A DNA stretch of 64,000 nucleotides from Octopus vulgaris (GCA_951406725.2 OX597823.1:67580001-67644000), one strand, 5' to 3'. Numbered from the stretch's first letter, positions 12,695 through 26,643 are shown. The notes: generated by a model from the letters alone, not told the origin. Made by a program: numbers and translations.

Positions 12695-13207
12695 ACAAGG
12701 ACAGCTGTGTGCAGAAGTTCTGATCTCTAATAGTGGAGAGAACCTGTGGAAAAGGTAGACCCCGGAAGACATGGGATGAAGTGGTAAAGCATGATCTTCA
12801 AACATTGGGCCTCATGGGGGCAAGTGACTGGGACCTTTGGTGACATGTTGTGCTTCAGAAGAGGACCCATCAAGCCAAGTGAAATAGCAATCATGGCCGA
12901 TTTCACTGTCGTGTAAGTGGCACTCATGCCGGTGGCATGTAAAAAGTACCCTTTGAACATTGGGTGATATGCTGCGCTTGAGAAGACCCATCAAGCTAAG
13001 TGAAATTGTAGTCCTGGCTGATGCTAGTGTCACATAACTAGCACCCATACTGGTTGGTGTTAGGAAGAGCATCCAGCTGTAGAAACCATGCCAAATCAGA
13101 TTGGAACCTGGTGCAGTTCCCCAGCTTACCAGTTGTCAGTCTAACCATCCAACCAATGGCAGCATGGAAAACAGACATTAAATGATGATGATGATGATGA
13201 TGATGAT
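12695..13207 (+). mobile_element. RTE LINE 3' end, same family as 2058-3430
   Basis: RT C-terminal RGTCGKGRPRKTWDEVVKHDLQTLGL, then 3'UTR repeats and (GAT)n tail. Confidence 0.8.
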
Positions 13208-14000
13208 ATTAAAAGTCTTTTATAATTTATGGAAGATATGATATCATCTAAGTTAGGCATTGTGGAATAGGAGAATTTTATTGTGTGTTTGTTGAATATT
13301 TTGTGGTATTTATTATTAGGCAAGAAGTGTTTTTCTAATAGCTGAAAGAATAGAAAAGATATTTTAGTGGATACATGACTACAAAATGGAGCATTATATG
13401 ACATTCTGTGTTAATGGAATTAATTTTTATTTTTTAAGTAGTTTATTATTTGTAGTACCTAATTAATAAGGTTCTGTGCAGTTTTTAATATTATGGTCTT
13501 TTACTACTATAAGTCCAGTTGAAGTGATTTTATCTAGAGTCAAACAAGGAGTATTTTTGTAATTCCAACATAGTTCTTTTCTAATAAGTTCATTATATTT
13601 TTTAATACTAAGGTTATAAATGTTTCCAGTTTTGTCAGAATGTACTAGAATTCCTGAAAAATATTTTAGTTTTTTAAATTAAATAATTTAATTTACACAG
13701 ATGTTCATTATAACGAAGAGGGTGGCATTTGAATTTGATGCTTCTAATGATATTCATTAAGTCTTCTTCAAATTCAATTAGATGTTAGTTCTGTGACGAA
13801 CTTTTACAAGATTCAAAATAATGTTTGAAGCAATTAATAGGTTCTATTTTGTCATCCAAGTATGAAGTTTTTTTTTATCAAAGAAACATGCTTTTCATTG
13901 CATATGCATAATAAATGAACTTGTTCTGTATGTTAACAATTTCATGCATTCATCTTTAGTTGGAATAGGAATATACTTCAGCAAAATATCATCCAAATAT
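13208..14000 (-). mobile_element. Penelope-like element remnant, internally deleted (RT core missing)
   Basis: Minus strand: KYIPIPTKDECMKLLTYRTSSFIMHMQ*KACFF, GILVHSDKTGNIYNLSIKKYNELIRKE, then YNAPFCSHVSTKISFLFFQLLEKHFLPNNKYHKIFNKHTIKFSYSTMPNL. These match PLE motifs KNIPIP/RMRWKA, ADKTxNxY and WFNPPF..KIFNRNTVKISYSCMPN. Confidence 0.75.
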
Positions 14001-14288
14001 ATAATTTTTTCTATTCCAGAAGTTAACAGTCAGAAATGATTAAGTAAATATAATCAGATACATTATATTGTAGTAGAATATTATGTAGGCAGGTAAGATA
14101 AAATCCCAGCTGTTCCCTCTTGAAACACATCGGCTTATTCCATTATCACTATCCAATATATAGTTGGTATTGTTGCTGTATAGATACAAGTTTAACATGT
14201 TAAAGTTGCAAATTCTGGAAATACCATTTGAAGAATTATTGTAAAACAAAACAGAAAGTTGGAAAATTTATTGGTACTATTTTATCAC

Positions 14289-14331
<43 letters not shown>

Positions 14332-15496
14332 CTGTGTGTGTGTGTCTGTGTGTGTATGTGGTGGGGTGCACATGCACACACACACACACGCACACATCAT
14401 CATCTTCATTATCTCTGTCTATATATGTAGCTGTTATCTTGTCTACTGCAAGACACCTCTATCTGCCCCTCTCTCATACTCTAACCTCTTGTTACCTGGT
14501 ACAAAAGCACACACACCCCCTTAGTACTATTTCCACCTCAGCTGAGTGGGTCTTGTCTCGCAAGTTACTTGGTGACCTTACTGGTGTTGAACAACATAAA
14601 AAGCACCCAGTACGCTCTGTAAAGTGGTTGACATTAGAAATTGCATCCAGCCATAGAACTCAAGCCAAAGCAGACAGTAGAGCCTGGTGCAGTCATCTGA
14701 CGTGCCAGCCCAAATTGTCCAACCCATGCCACCATGGAAAGCAGACTTTAGATGGTAATGATGGTGGTGGTGGTGGTGGTGGTAGCGGTGGTGGTGTGTA
14801 TTTGTGTGTGTGTGTGTGTGTAATCATCATCCTCATTTTAATGTACTTTTTTTATGCTTGCAAGGGGTCAGACAGAATTCAATGAGAGATTTTCTATAGC
14901 TAGATGTCAATTGTTCTTGTTGCCAATCCTTGTATGTTTCTAAATAAGGTAATATCTCCTCATAGCCAGACATGTTTCCATGAAAAATTGAAATTGGACA
15001 ACACAGCTTCTATAATGACATTGATCTCTTACAACTATCACTTGTTGTCAAGACAAGGACACACACACACACAAACAAATATATGTATAAATTTTTTACT
15101 TGCTTCAGTCAATGGAATGTGGCCATGCTGGGGCACCACTTTGAAGGGTTTAGTCAAACAAACCAACCCCAGTAATTTCATTTTTTCTTTAAGTCTGGTA
15201 CTTATTCTATCAGTCACTTTTTGGTGAACCGCACACAAGTACAGGCACACAAGTACATCAATACCAGTTGTCAAGTGATGGTGGAGGACAAACACAGGCA
15301 CAAAGGCACACACACACACACACACACACACACAACAGGTTTCTTTCAGTTTCCATCTATCAAATCCACTCACAAGACTCGGTTCAGCCTAAGGCTACAG
15401 TAGAAGACACCCAAAGTACCACACTGTAGGACTGAACCTGAAATTTTATGGCTGGGAAGTAAATTTCTTAACCAAACAGACATGCCTAAAATACAC

Positions 15497-15534
<38 letters not shown>

Positions 15535-17479
15535 GGTCCCTTGTACATGAATAATGTATAGATGTATATAGGCATGTACTCATTATTTACAAAGCATAAA
15601 AAAAAAGCCATTCATGCATTTAAGTTCTTACTGCATTCTTAATGTACCCAACCACCCATACACAAACATACACAAACTTATAACACAAACACATACAAAC
15701 CAATATGAAAGATTTTAGTGCAGTTTTAATGTACAAAACTATATGCATACATACACACAAAAATGTTATATTATATATATGAAAATATAATGTATACAAC
15801 TAAACATAACTTGAGTCAAAAAAAAGTATTTATTTCTAGTTGTGTACCAAAATCTGAACCCATAATAAGTGCGATTAAGTATTAAAATTAAATAAGCCTT
15901 CCCTTGATTAGAGAAATTTTAAATATTGTTCAGAATTATTGCATGTTCAGAGACAGCTGTGATTTTTTAAGCATATAATAATGTGTACTAAATATATACA
16001 CAACTGCACTTGATTCAAGTTTCATGAAAAAGAGCCTACCCATTCTCTTGGGGGCTTTATACAATACTGTTCCTTTTGGTTAGATCTCACTACAGTAGAA
16101 TCAAGATATTTTTTTTCCAGTGGTGCCTAAGTCTGCCTCCATCTGAGTATGTATGTCTGTTCTTCTTTCTCTCTTTTTTTTTTTTAGATATGTGTGTATG
16201 TGTGCTCTTTTTTTCTTTCTTTGCTTTTCAACAGGATATAAAATTCAATCCATGTTTTTTAAATGTGAACTTATTCACACATAAATTAGGCTAGATTAAA
16301 TAGTAATCTGGTTGTCTAAATTCATAAGAATTAAAAATAAAAAAAGAAAGAAAAGAGTACACACCCGAATGAAATGGGAAGTAACTTAACATCCTTGAAA
16401 CAAATTTCTTTTCAATAAGCAGATGCCACTTTCGAACGAGAAAAAGTTAAATGGAAAATGTAATGAATTAAACAGATCCTCAGTATATTGCAGGTAATTG
16501 TTGAGGAACAAAACTAGTAGATGCTCTTTTTTTGAGTCAAGTAAGTAGCATTGTACTGTATGTTGTATGCAAAAAAGCCCATAATTAATTGAAATTAATT
16601 TTCTACGCTGGGGAAAGAAAGAAAAACTTAGCGGTAACTGTTAGCAATTCTCAAAAAAAGGGAAGATAATTTCAGTCACGGTGTGGAACAGATGAACTAT
16701 TTCATTCAACAAAAGACCAATGTGACTAAGACATTTATGCTGCATTACTTGATCTGGATATCTGGTATGGAAGAATCACACTGGTTCAAGCAAATCGACC
16801 AACTGGATGACAATGATGATGATTTATTCAGATATTCCATTATTTCGCTAACCCATCAACAAAAGCAACAAAGAAATTCTTATGGTGAGCAATTACTGTT
16901 GCAGCCAGCAATGCAGGATTGGTGTACAACAGTTGTAAATCACAAATATATAAAAAAAAAAACAATCCTTTAGCAAAGGGCCCCTCTATCTTCTGTAAAC
17001 TACAACAAAATCATCGGCCCATAGCAACCAAGCCACTTTTCACTCCACATGATAGTAGCATTTCATTCATCCTTACATTCTGAGTTCAAATTCTGTCAAG
17101 GTCAACTTTACCTTTCATCCTTTCGGGGTTAATAAAATAAGTACCAGTTAAACACTGGAGTCAATATAATTGACTTACACCCAAAGTTGCTGGCTTTGTA
17201 CCAAAATTTGAAACCAACATTTGGTTTGCATGAAAAAAAAAAAAATCAAGACTTTTTTTTTTTTAAATAAAAGATAAAATTGGAAGATTCAAGATTTGTA
17301 CATGATAAATTTTGATAGTAAGTGAAAAAGTGGTATTTCTGAGAAATTATATTACTCTAACAGTAGAATAAAACTTTAAGAACAAAGCAAAGCTTTGAAC
17401 TTAAAACCATACTGATGTAATTGTTATGCAGATATGCACATGTGTATAAGTATGTAGGTATGAATGAATCCATCCAAAG

Positions 17480-17650
17480 CATTTCAAATGCTTCTGTTAA
17501 CAAAAACAACAGCATGTCCAAGTCCCATATGAGAAAGCAGGATGGAAGATGTGAATGTAAATGTTTTTGATAAAAGCTGATTTACATACTTTAGCAAAAT
17601 GTTCTTTCTCTTGGCAGTAATTGCAGATAGCCATTTATACAGTACAATGT
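17480..17650 (-). mobile_element. LTR-retrotransposon gag remnant (CCHC zinc knuckle)
   Basis: Minus strand AICNYCQEKEHFAKVCKS fits CX2CX4HX4C; short and disrupted. Confidence 0.5.
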
Positions 17651-18199
17651 TTTCTACTAGCTTGTATCTTCTATTTGATTCAGTCATTAGACCAAGGCCA
17701 TGCTGGGGCACCGCCTTGAGGAATTTTTAGAACATCAGTACTTATTTTCTTTTTTGAACCTGATACCTATTCTATCGGTCTCTTTTGCCAAACTGCTATG
17801 TTACAGGACATAAACACCAACATTAGTTGTCAAACAATGGTGAGTAACAGACGCAGACACACACATACACACACATTCATACAGCAAATTTGAAGAGAAG
17901 GAATTGCTCAGTACCATCAACCCCAGTACTTGACAATATTATGTATAGCAGTGGTTCCCATCTTTTTTGTTTTTTTCACTACAGACCAGTTTCATGTAAG
18001 ACAATTTTCCTACAGAGCAGGGGATCACATAAATAACAATACACAAAAAAGTGCATAATAAAAACATAGCTATTACATTATATATTATGCACTTCATTTC
18101 TACTACTATAACACTGTAGTGTATATGTATATATATATATATAAAATTATATATATATATATATATGATGTGTATATATATATACAGTGGTTGTCTACT

Positions 18200-18615
18200 A
18201 CTTATGCAGAGTCTGACTACTTCTTGTACTTACACCTTAAATCGATCATAGCATCTGATGTGGCTTTTTAAACCAGGCAGTGTATTGGAAAGACACCCAC
18301 ATAGATTCTATATCTGATTTGGGCCACCAAGAGTTGCAGTTAAGTTCTGATCTTTGTGGATCTTAAAATGTCTTTCGAGGCCTCCATTAGATTTGCAGGC
18401 CTTCTGGTATACATGGCATTGAAAGGTACAGGCAGAGTATTTGGTGGAGGCTTGTTTTTCATGGTTCTACAAATGAGATTTGAGACCAGCAAAAGAAAGG
18501 CATGGTCTGTTACAAACCGTGATTCACCTTCTTGATAACAACATTCTTCTTTAAATCTCTTATGAGTCTTGCATTTGTCATCCTGGTCTCCTCAAAAGCT
18601 TTCACTCCACTCCAC
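18200..18615 (-). mobile_element. RTE-like LINE C-terminus with three degenerate C2H2 zinc fingers
   Basis: GVKAFEETR, CNRPCLSFAGLKSHL*NH, FQCHVYQKACKSNGGLERHFKIH, NLCGCLSNTLPGLKSHIRCY. Confidence 0.65.
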
Positions 18616-19537
18616 AGTAAGTAGACAGGACCGTTAAAATGCTGGACAAAATGCTTCACAGCATTTCATCCATCTTTGCATTCTGGGTTCAAATTCTGCC
18701 GAGGCCAACTTTTCCTTTCATCCTCACAGGGTCAATAAAATAAATACCAGTTGAGAACTAGGGTTGATGTAATTGACTTACCCCTGCCCTGAAATTGCTG
18801 ATCCCTGTGCTATTATTTGAAACTAATATTTGTAATACAACCCACCATAATGCAGAATCATTGAAGACACACTTCAAAACAATATATCAAGTACTTCAGG
18901 TGGTTTTCTTTCAGTAACTCAAACAGTAATATGCTACTGAGCTGGCGCCTGTCCTCACTAAACTCTTCTCTCTCTAACAAAGAACTCATCTTTATCTTGT
19001 GATCAAATATTTTCCTTACTGTCTTCACCCAAAGTGTTACCATCTTTTATCTCTCGTTGGTGAATTTGTATGGAACAATGACATGCAGAATGATAAATCC
19101 ATTTTCAAAATAAGGTAACTGGGTAGTCCTATGTTACAAGGATGCCAAAAAACACACATCAGTTGTCAAGTGGTGGTGAGGGGCAAACACACACACATAC
19201 AACAAGCTTCTTTCAGTTTCTGTCTAACAAAATCACTCACAAGACTTTGGTTGCCCTAAGGCTACACTACAAGCCACTTGCCCAAAGTGTCATGCAGTGG
19301 GACTGAACTCAAAACTCTATAAACACTTCCATGAGTAATACCCAATTTTGCACTTATCTCTGTGTACATGTGACAGATCAGTAATAAGCAGTATTTGAAT
19401 CAAGAGAAAGCAATTTTGTGTTTTTGTTTAAGGGCACTTAAAGAGCACCCAACACACTTTGATAAGCAGTTGGCATTAGGAAGGGCATCCAGCCAAAGAA
19501 ACCATGTCACAACAGATAATTGAAGTCCATGTCAAAC

Positions 19538-19770
19538 CTATTTCTTTTATTACCCACAAGGGGCTAAACATAGAGGGGACAAACAAGGACAGATGTAGGA
19601 ATTAAGTCGATTACATCAACCCCAGTGCGTAACTGGTACTTAATTTATCGACCCCGAAAGGATGAAAGGTAAAGTCGACCTCGGTGGAATTTGAACTCAG
19701 AACGTAACGGCAGACGAAATACGGCTACGCATTTCGCCCAGTGTGCTAACGTTTCTTCCAGCTCACCGTC
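19538..19770 (-). mobile_element. Family A SINE (young) nested in an RTE 3' tail fragment
   Basis: Near-identical to 24-256 and interrupts the RTE tail at 19440-19830. Confidence 0.85.
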
Positions 19771-19879
19771 CATGCCAAACCGACCAACCCATGCCAGCAT
19801 GGAAAGCGTAAGTTAAATGATGATGACGATGGAAGATATCATTTATCATTTATCTCTTTCATAACTTTAGTTAATTAAT

Positions 19880-20060
19880 GGATGTCTGTTATGGTGTATC
19901 AGACAAATTATTGCTTCCACTCCTTAACAACAATGATTCTGCAAGAAGCACTCCTGCTGGTAAAGTCATCACGTTTGCCACCAGATTTGCTCTTAATTCC
20001 ACATTGCACATTCAACAAAACCTAGCCCAACACTCCTTTCTAAATTGCACTTGTCTCACT
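19880..20060 (+). mobile_element. Old CR1/L2/Jockey-group LINE fragment (pre-RT region)
   Basis: LPLLNNNDSARSTPAGKVITFATRFALNSTL resembles the PPL..KAELFA..FA.NSTL motif. Confidence 0.35.
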
Positions 20061-20772
20061 AACAACCACCTACACACAAATAAAAATTCAATGATCGTGA
20101 GACAACAACAAGAAGTAATAACCTAGCAGCTAAATTTCTCTGCCTCTCTTAACTAAATTTTTGCAGTCATGTTCTATGACCACCGTCCTCAATAACACAT
20201 GAAACTCTGTCACAACAATAAAATAATTTAAGAAATACTTATTATATAGTTGGTAACACCTATATCCAGGATATATTGTTACACACTTTTTACAAAGAAA
20301 GTTAAGAACACAGTTATTATTAGATAAGGCAGTGAGCTGGCAGAACCATTATCATGCTGGGCAAAATGCTTAAAGGCATTTCTTCTGACTCTTTATGTTC
20401 TGGGTTCAAATTCTGCCAGGATCCACTTTGCCTTTCATCCTTTCGGGGTTGATAAAATAAGCACCAATTGAACACTAATGTTGATGTAAATGGCTTACAA
20501 TTGCTGGCCTTGTGGCAAAATATGAAACCATTATTAATACACAGATACAGCAGAGAGCAGGCAGAATTGTTAGCACACTTGGCAAAATACTTGGAGGTGT
20601 TTCATCTGCCACCACATTCTGAGTTCAAATTCTGCTGAGGTCAACTTTGCTTTTCATCTTTTTGGGATCAATAGATTAAGTACCAGTGGAACACTGGGGA
20701 TTGATGTAATCAACTAGTCCTCTCCCACAAAATTTTAGGCCTTGTCCCCATACTAGAAAGGATTATTAACAT

Positions 20773-21165
20773 AGGCATGGCTGTGTGGTAAGAAGCTTGC
20801 TTCCTAACCACATGGTTCTGGGTTCAGTCCCACTGTGATGCACCTTGGGCAAGTGTCTACTATAGTCTCAGGTTGATCAAAGCCTTGTAAGTGGATTTGG
20901 TAGACAGAAACTGAAAGAAGCCTGTTGTATGTGGGTGTGTGTGTGTGTGTGTGTGTGTATTTTTGTGTCTGTGTTTGTCCCCCACTACCATTGCTTGACA
21001 ACCGATGTTGGTGTGTTTACATCCCTGTAACTTAGCGGTTCGGCAAAAGAGACCAATACTATAAGATCTAGGCTTACAATGAATAAGTCCTGGGGTCAAT
21101 TTGTTCAACTAAAAGTAGTGCTCCAGCATGGCCGCAGTCAAATGACTGAAACAAATAAAAGAGTA
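20773..21165 (+). mobile_element. tRNA-SINE family B (CORE-like), full length
   Basis: GGCATGGCTGTGTGGTAAG..GGTTCAGTCCC..CCTTGGGCAAGTGTC..internal (TG)n..GGCCGCAGTCAAATGACTGAAACAA. Many further copies on both strands (about 6990-7330, 15100-15480, 21730-22070, 29750-30060, 31130-31480, 32305-32655, 42810-43220). Confidence 0.9.
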
Positions 21166-23244
21166 GAAACAGACAGATAGATGTTCAATCTTCACAACAA
21201 TCACTAGCTCTAAGATGCATATGTTAATCATTCAGATAAAGAGTGAGAGATACAGGAAGTCAAACAAATGCTACTGGCACGTGTACATATACATATATAC
21301 ACACTCACATGAATGCTAATGGCACATGTACACATACACGTGCCCCAACTCTCTCAAATGTATATACATCTTATATTGCTAATTATCAACAGCATTTGAA
21401 TTTCCCACTCTGTCTGATTCACTCACACACACACACACACTTTTATCATTCCCTTTCTGCAGTGTCACAGGTTCTTTTACACTACAGGGGTCTATCGCAG
21501 GCACTTTAATAGATAGATACACTGATATGTATACAGATGTGTCTGAAAAATCATCTCTTCTATCACACACCCCAACTTCATCAACATGTCACTACCTGAG
21601 ATTGAACTATGGACCTTTATTCTATCAGATCTTCACACAGGTTTTCTCTCTAATACTCTCTCAGGTGAGCTTCTTTTAACTACCTGAAATAACTAATGAG
21701 CTATTTCATTTACTTTGATATATCTTTTATCTTTTACTTGTTTCAGCCAAGTACTTACTTTTCAAAGTATGGTTCTTATTCCATCATTCTCTTTTGTCGA
21801 ACTGCTAGGTTTTGGGGACATAAACACACCAGCACCAGTTGTCAAGTGGTGGTGGGGGAACAATCACTGACACAAAGACACACAGACAGATATATACATA
21901 TATATATATATATATGACAGGCTTCTTTCAGTTTCCATCTACCAAATCCACTCACAAAGCTTTACTAAACCTGAGGCTATAGTGGAAGACACTTCCCGAA
22001 GGTGCCATATAGTGGGAATGAACCCAGAATCATGTTGTAAGGAAGCAACCTTCTTACCACACAGCCACAACATGTTAAAATAAGAATATTTTGCTAGAAC
22101 ACATTACACAATGAGCAGAGAGAAAAAAAATATTTCAAATTCTTAAAAAAATAATCAAAAATATAATAGATTTGTTTCGTTTTTTTATACAGATTTATAC
22201 AATCAGTATACATTTTAGATTTGTCTGAAATCAGTATATTCACATAAATAACAGATGAGAGTTATGCAAAACATTTTAACATCAATTTTACTATCATATA
22301 CGTCAAGGTTCAGTAAACACATAACAATTCAACTGTTGCAGAACATGATGAAAATAGTAGCCAAAACTCTCACAAGACACACATTTAAGTATAAGTCAAA
22401 TTGAGTAATACACTTCCTGATAGAGAAATGTTGGGGTTGTCATGAATGGAAAACTTTTCGTCAAAGCTTTTCAACTATGACTGAACAGGGTCTTACATAA
22501 CAGTACAAAAGTTTGAACTAACAAGGGAAATGGTCAGTGTGGATACATGACCTGCTAGATATAGCAACCAAATTTCTCTCAAATCATATCTCACCTATCT
22601 TAAACTAGAAAAGTTGTTCTACCTTTTGAAGATATTCAAAATATGACCTCCAAGTAATAATCTAGGCTATGGACTCACTTCAATGGATATGTTGATTAGC
22701 TTCATGTCTTTGATAGAGACATTAGGACTTAAATTAAAAAGTCATGTTGATATTTCATTACCAACACCACGTTTATCCTTTTCAATATTTTTCAATTATT
22801 CCAAGGTGGCCAGCTCACAAAATTGTTAGAACACTGGGTAAAATACTTAGGAGCATTTTCATCTGTCTTAGTTCAAATTCTTAGTTCTTAGTTCAAATTC
22901 CACCGAGGTCAACTTTGCTTTCATCCTTTCAGGGTCAATAAAATAAGGACCAGTTGAGTACTGGGTCGATGCAATTGAACCACCCACCTCCCCCCATAAC
23001 TGTTGTCCTTGAGCCAAAATTTGAAACCAACAAGTTACAATATTTTTTTGTTGGTGCAGCTTAGATGGGTTGCCAATGTTCTTGATCCTGTGTTCACTCA
23101 GAAAATCATCTGAACCAACAACACAGAGACAGAACATCACATGAACCAACAAAGGTCATATCACCCGTTAAAAATAGCATCCAACTAAATATCCATCAAA
23201 TAATACACTATGATATTCAGAAAAGAGAATTCACAGTCGCTTAA

Positions 23245-23474
23245 CCCTTTAGCATTTGGATTATCCAGTCAAATGTAATGCTTATTTATTCAAATTGTCT
23301 TGAATTAGTCCTGCATTACCTTGCAACTTCAAGATTTTGATGATGCAATTGTTCATTTTTAGAATAACTTTATAGGGAAAGTGGGAGAGGCAGGATCTAG
23401 CTGGTTTGAACATTAAATAGATAGAATATTTTGGCTGTTTATGGCCAGTTATGGCAGGTTTAAATGCTAAAGGG
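23245..23474 (-). mobile_element. piggyBac-type MITE
   Basis: TTAA|CCCTTTAGCATTT..AAATGCTAAAGGG|TTGA; reverse copy of 45231-45451. Confidence 0.8.
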
Positions 23475-23909
23475 TTGATATAGTGAGAGTGTGTGGCCAA
23501 CTGATTAGGGTGCTGCACTCACAATCACAAATTTGTGGTTTCAATTCCTGGATGAGGTGGTGCATTGTGTTGTTGAGCAAGTCACTTTGTTTCACATCGC
23601 TCTGCAATTACTTCGACATCTGTGTTGCACACCATGCACTTATACAGGCAATTTTGATTAGCTGGAGAATGGAAGCTCATGTACAGCACAAACTTTTGAT
23701 CACTATAAACAAATCATCCAAGCAGGTTGTTCAGCAAGAAATTGCAGAACCATCTTTCTCAAACTCGAGAGATTACCAAGAAGGATGTAGCTACAGATAT
23801 ACTATGTCTGAATAAAAGACATAGAATGGTTATGCTTGAAATAACCTTTGGTCATATGTAAATCTGTTCAATTAGACCTGATATAGGACTAATAACAACA
23901 GCAACAGCA

Positions 23910-24400
23910 GTGGAGGTGCAATGGCCCAGTGGTTAGGGCAGCAGACTCGTGGTCATAAGAACGCGGTTTCAATTCCCAGACTGGACATTGTGAGTGTTTA
24001 TTGAGCAAAAACATCTAAGCTCCATGAGGCTCCAGCAGTGGGTTGGACCCCGCTGTACTCTTTCACAACTCTTTCTCTCACTCTTTCTTCATACTTCTGC
24101 CACAAAGCAGAGGAACGATGGTGTAGCCCACTATGGTGTAGCAAACCTTTCAGACCCTAGTCTAGATTGCGAATCTTCTATACCCCAGGATGGTTCAGCT
24201 CTCCACCCGTTAAAAGCCACTGTTTACGGAATAAGGATAACAACATAGCTTTCATGCCCGTGCAACCGCCAGTCTATCATGTGTGGTGGATGGATCTTCA
24301 AGCTGCCACATGCATTCTTAATAGCTTAGAGTAGGCTCGAATTAGAGATTATTCTTTGTGGCTAATGGCGTGAGTCCTGATTGGAAGATGAAGACAACAG
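23910..24400 (+). mobile_element. tRNA-SINE, H3 head and body with a third, distinct 3' tail
   Basis: GTGGAGGTGCAATGGCCCAGTGGTTAGGGCAGC..CTGTACTCTTTCACAACTCTTTCTCTCACTC as in 28181-28563, then about 290 bp of unrelated sequence. Confidence 0.65.
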
Positions 24401-25499
24401 CAACAATAATATTCCACATTAAACCTCATGTCCTCCCAAACTTCTTTTTCTCTCAACCAGTATGCATACCTTCTATATTTGCATATGTATACATACATAT
24501 ACATGTATATGAATGTAAAAATGTGTAAGTGTGTGTGTATGTGTATGAATGGACAAAGGCATAGTCATATAGTGAAGAAATTTGTTTCTGGGATCTCACA
24601 GTTGGTCTCAGATTTCATCCCACTGCATGGAATTTTGAGCAAGCATTGGGTTATTTTAATACTATAGTCATAGATCAGCTCAGAACTTGTTAGCAGAAGT
24701 GGACAGATGGCAACTGACTGTGGAAAATCCATTAGATAAACTGTGCCAGCAATTCAAAGGGATAGTCTCACCATACTCTGTTTTATGCTGATCACAATAA
24801 CAATACAAGTGTCTGTGGAATACTCAACAATTTACACATTTTTTGTGAGGATAACTTACTCTCACCAATCACTAATCTCCAGTTCACTTGTTTGCTCAAC
24901 TGAATTATCTGCTCCTGAATTAACATGTAAATAGCTGACCATTCCACAGACATGTATACTCTAAATGTAATTCTCAGGCAGAATCAGTGTGGCACAGTAA
25001 GTCACAAGGTTGTACCCTTTGAATTCTAGGTTCAATCCACTTGACAGGCTTAAACTTATGACCAAAGACATTCCACTAGTGACCATCCTGACTACTTGAT
25101 GGTTGGGCATGAATTGAATGAGATTGATTGCAATTTCTAACAGAGTAAGTAAACATGTAGAAGGTATTAACTTCCTACATTTCCTGATTGTGAAAGCACC
25201 ATGAGACACAGTTTTGGCATTTCAGTTCACCTAGGAGTTCGAACTGACAAAAGAACCTCTACTAGGTCAATCAATCTAATAAAAGCAACAGTCAAATCTA
25301 TTTCAAATTTCAAAACTATTGCCTGAAAAAAATGATGAAGAACACATTTTATAATGTTGACTTAGACACTTCTAAAATGACGGGAATACCTTTGAACATA
25401 TCTTTGGTCAATAAGTTTGACCTGACATAAAATATCAACACAACATAACTGTGTGGGTTGGATTGATTTGGATTGGATTGGATTGGTACAAATTATCAA

Positions 25500-25770
25500 T
25501 ACAAGAAATGAGATCATAACAAAGATTATTTTAGTTTGCACACTAATTACATAACTTACAAAGATTTGGTTAGTTTGCAGTCTAATTATAATAATTAACA
25601 AAGGTTTTGTTTATAGTCTAATTATATAATTAAGAAAGATTCTGTTAGCTTGCTCACTGATTGCAATAATTAACAAAAAAATTGGTTGGTATGCTGTCGG
25701 AATATAATAATTAACAAAGCTTTGTTAGTTTACTGTCTGATTATAATAATTAACAAACATGTGTTAGAAT
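25500..25770. repeat. Minisatellite, about 37-bp unit, about 7 diverged copies
   Basis: Repeating TTAGTTTGCAGTCTAATTATAATAATTAACAAAGATT-like unit. Confidence 0.75.
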
Positions 25771-25789
25771 ACAAACTGGCTGTGGAAAG

Positions 25790-26270
25790 TTTAGAGAACT
25801 TTTATCTTTGTTGGTAGCAAAAAGCCTCTCTCAAAATGAAAGACAGATTGTACAATGCATATGTATGAACAGCAATGCTACATGGTTGTGAAACTTGGGC
25901 TGTGAATGCAGAGGACATTCAAAGACTAGAAAGGAATGAAATTAGTAAGCTTGATGGATGTAAATTATCAACATACATATATGACAAAGTACAAACATGC
26001 TGGGAGAAAAATTGGACATAAGAAGCATCAGATGTGGTGTGCAGTAGAAAAGACTGTGCTGGTGTGGTCATTTAATGTAGATAGATAAGGATAGCTATAT
26101 AAAGAAGTACCGATCGCTAAACCTGGAAGGAACCTGTGAGAAAGGAAAATTTAGGAAGACATGGGGTGAAGAAGTGGTGAAGATTGACCTCAAAATGTTC
26201 AGTATCTCAGACAGGGGACCAAAATAAATGTCGTCTCAAGCACAGAAATATGCTGTATTTGACAAGATCC
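25790..26270 (+). mobile_element. RTE LINE RT C-terminal fragment
   Basis: KFRELLSLL, RLYNAYV*TAMLHGCETWAVNAEDIQRLERNE, RLCWCGHLM. Confidence 0.75.
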
Positions 26271-26643
26271 CTTCAACTCAGTAGAACTGAGGTTTTATCA
26301 AGCTGTCCCTAACAACTCATCTTCTAACACCCACCCTTCTATCAATTTTCTATGTTATCCTATTTCCTTCACTTCCCTCCTACATCATCATCATCATCCT
26401 TTAATGTCTGTTGTCCATGCTGGCATGGGTTGGACCGTTTAACCAGAGCTGACAAGCTGGGGAACTACACCAGACTCCAGTCTGATTTGGCATGGTTTAA
26501 ACAGCTGGATGCTCTTCCTAATATCAACCACTTTACAGAGTGTGCTAGGTACTTTTACTGTATTGACAGCCCCTATATCCAACTCCCTGCCTTTTCCCCC
26601 TCTTCTATTCCATCTCATATTCACATTGTACCTGGACCTCACA

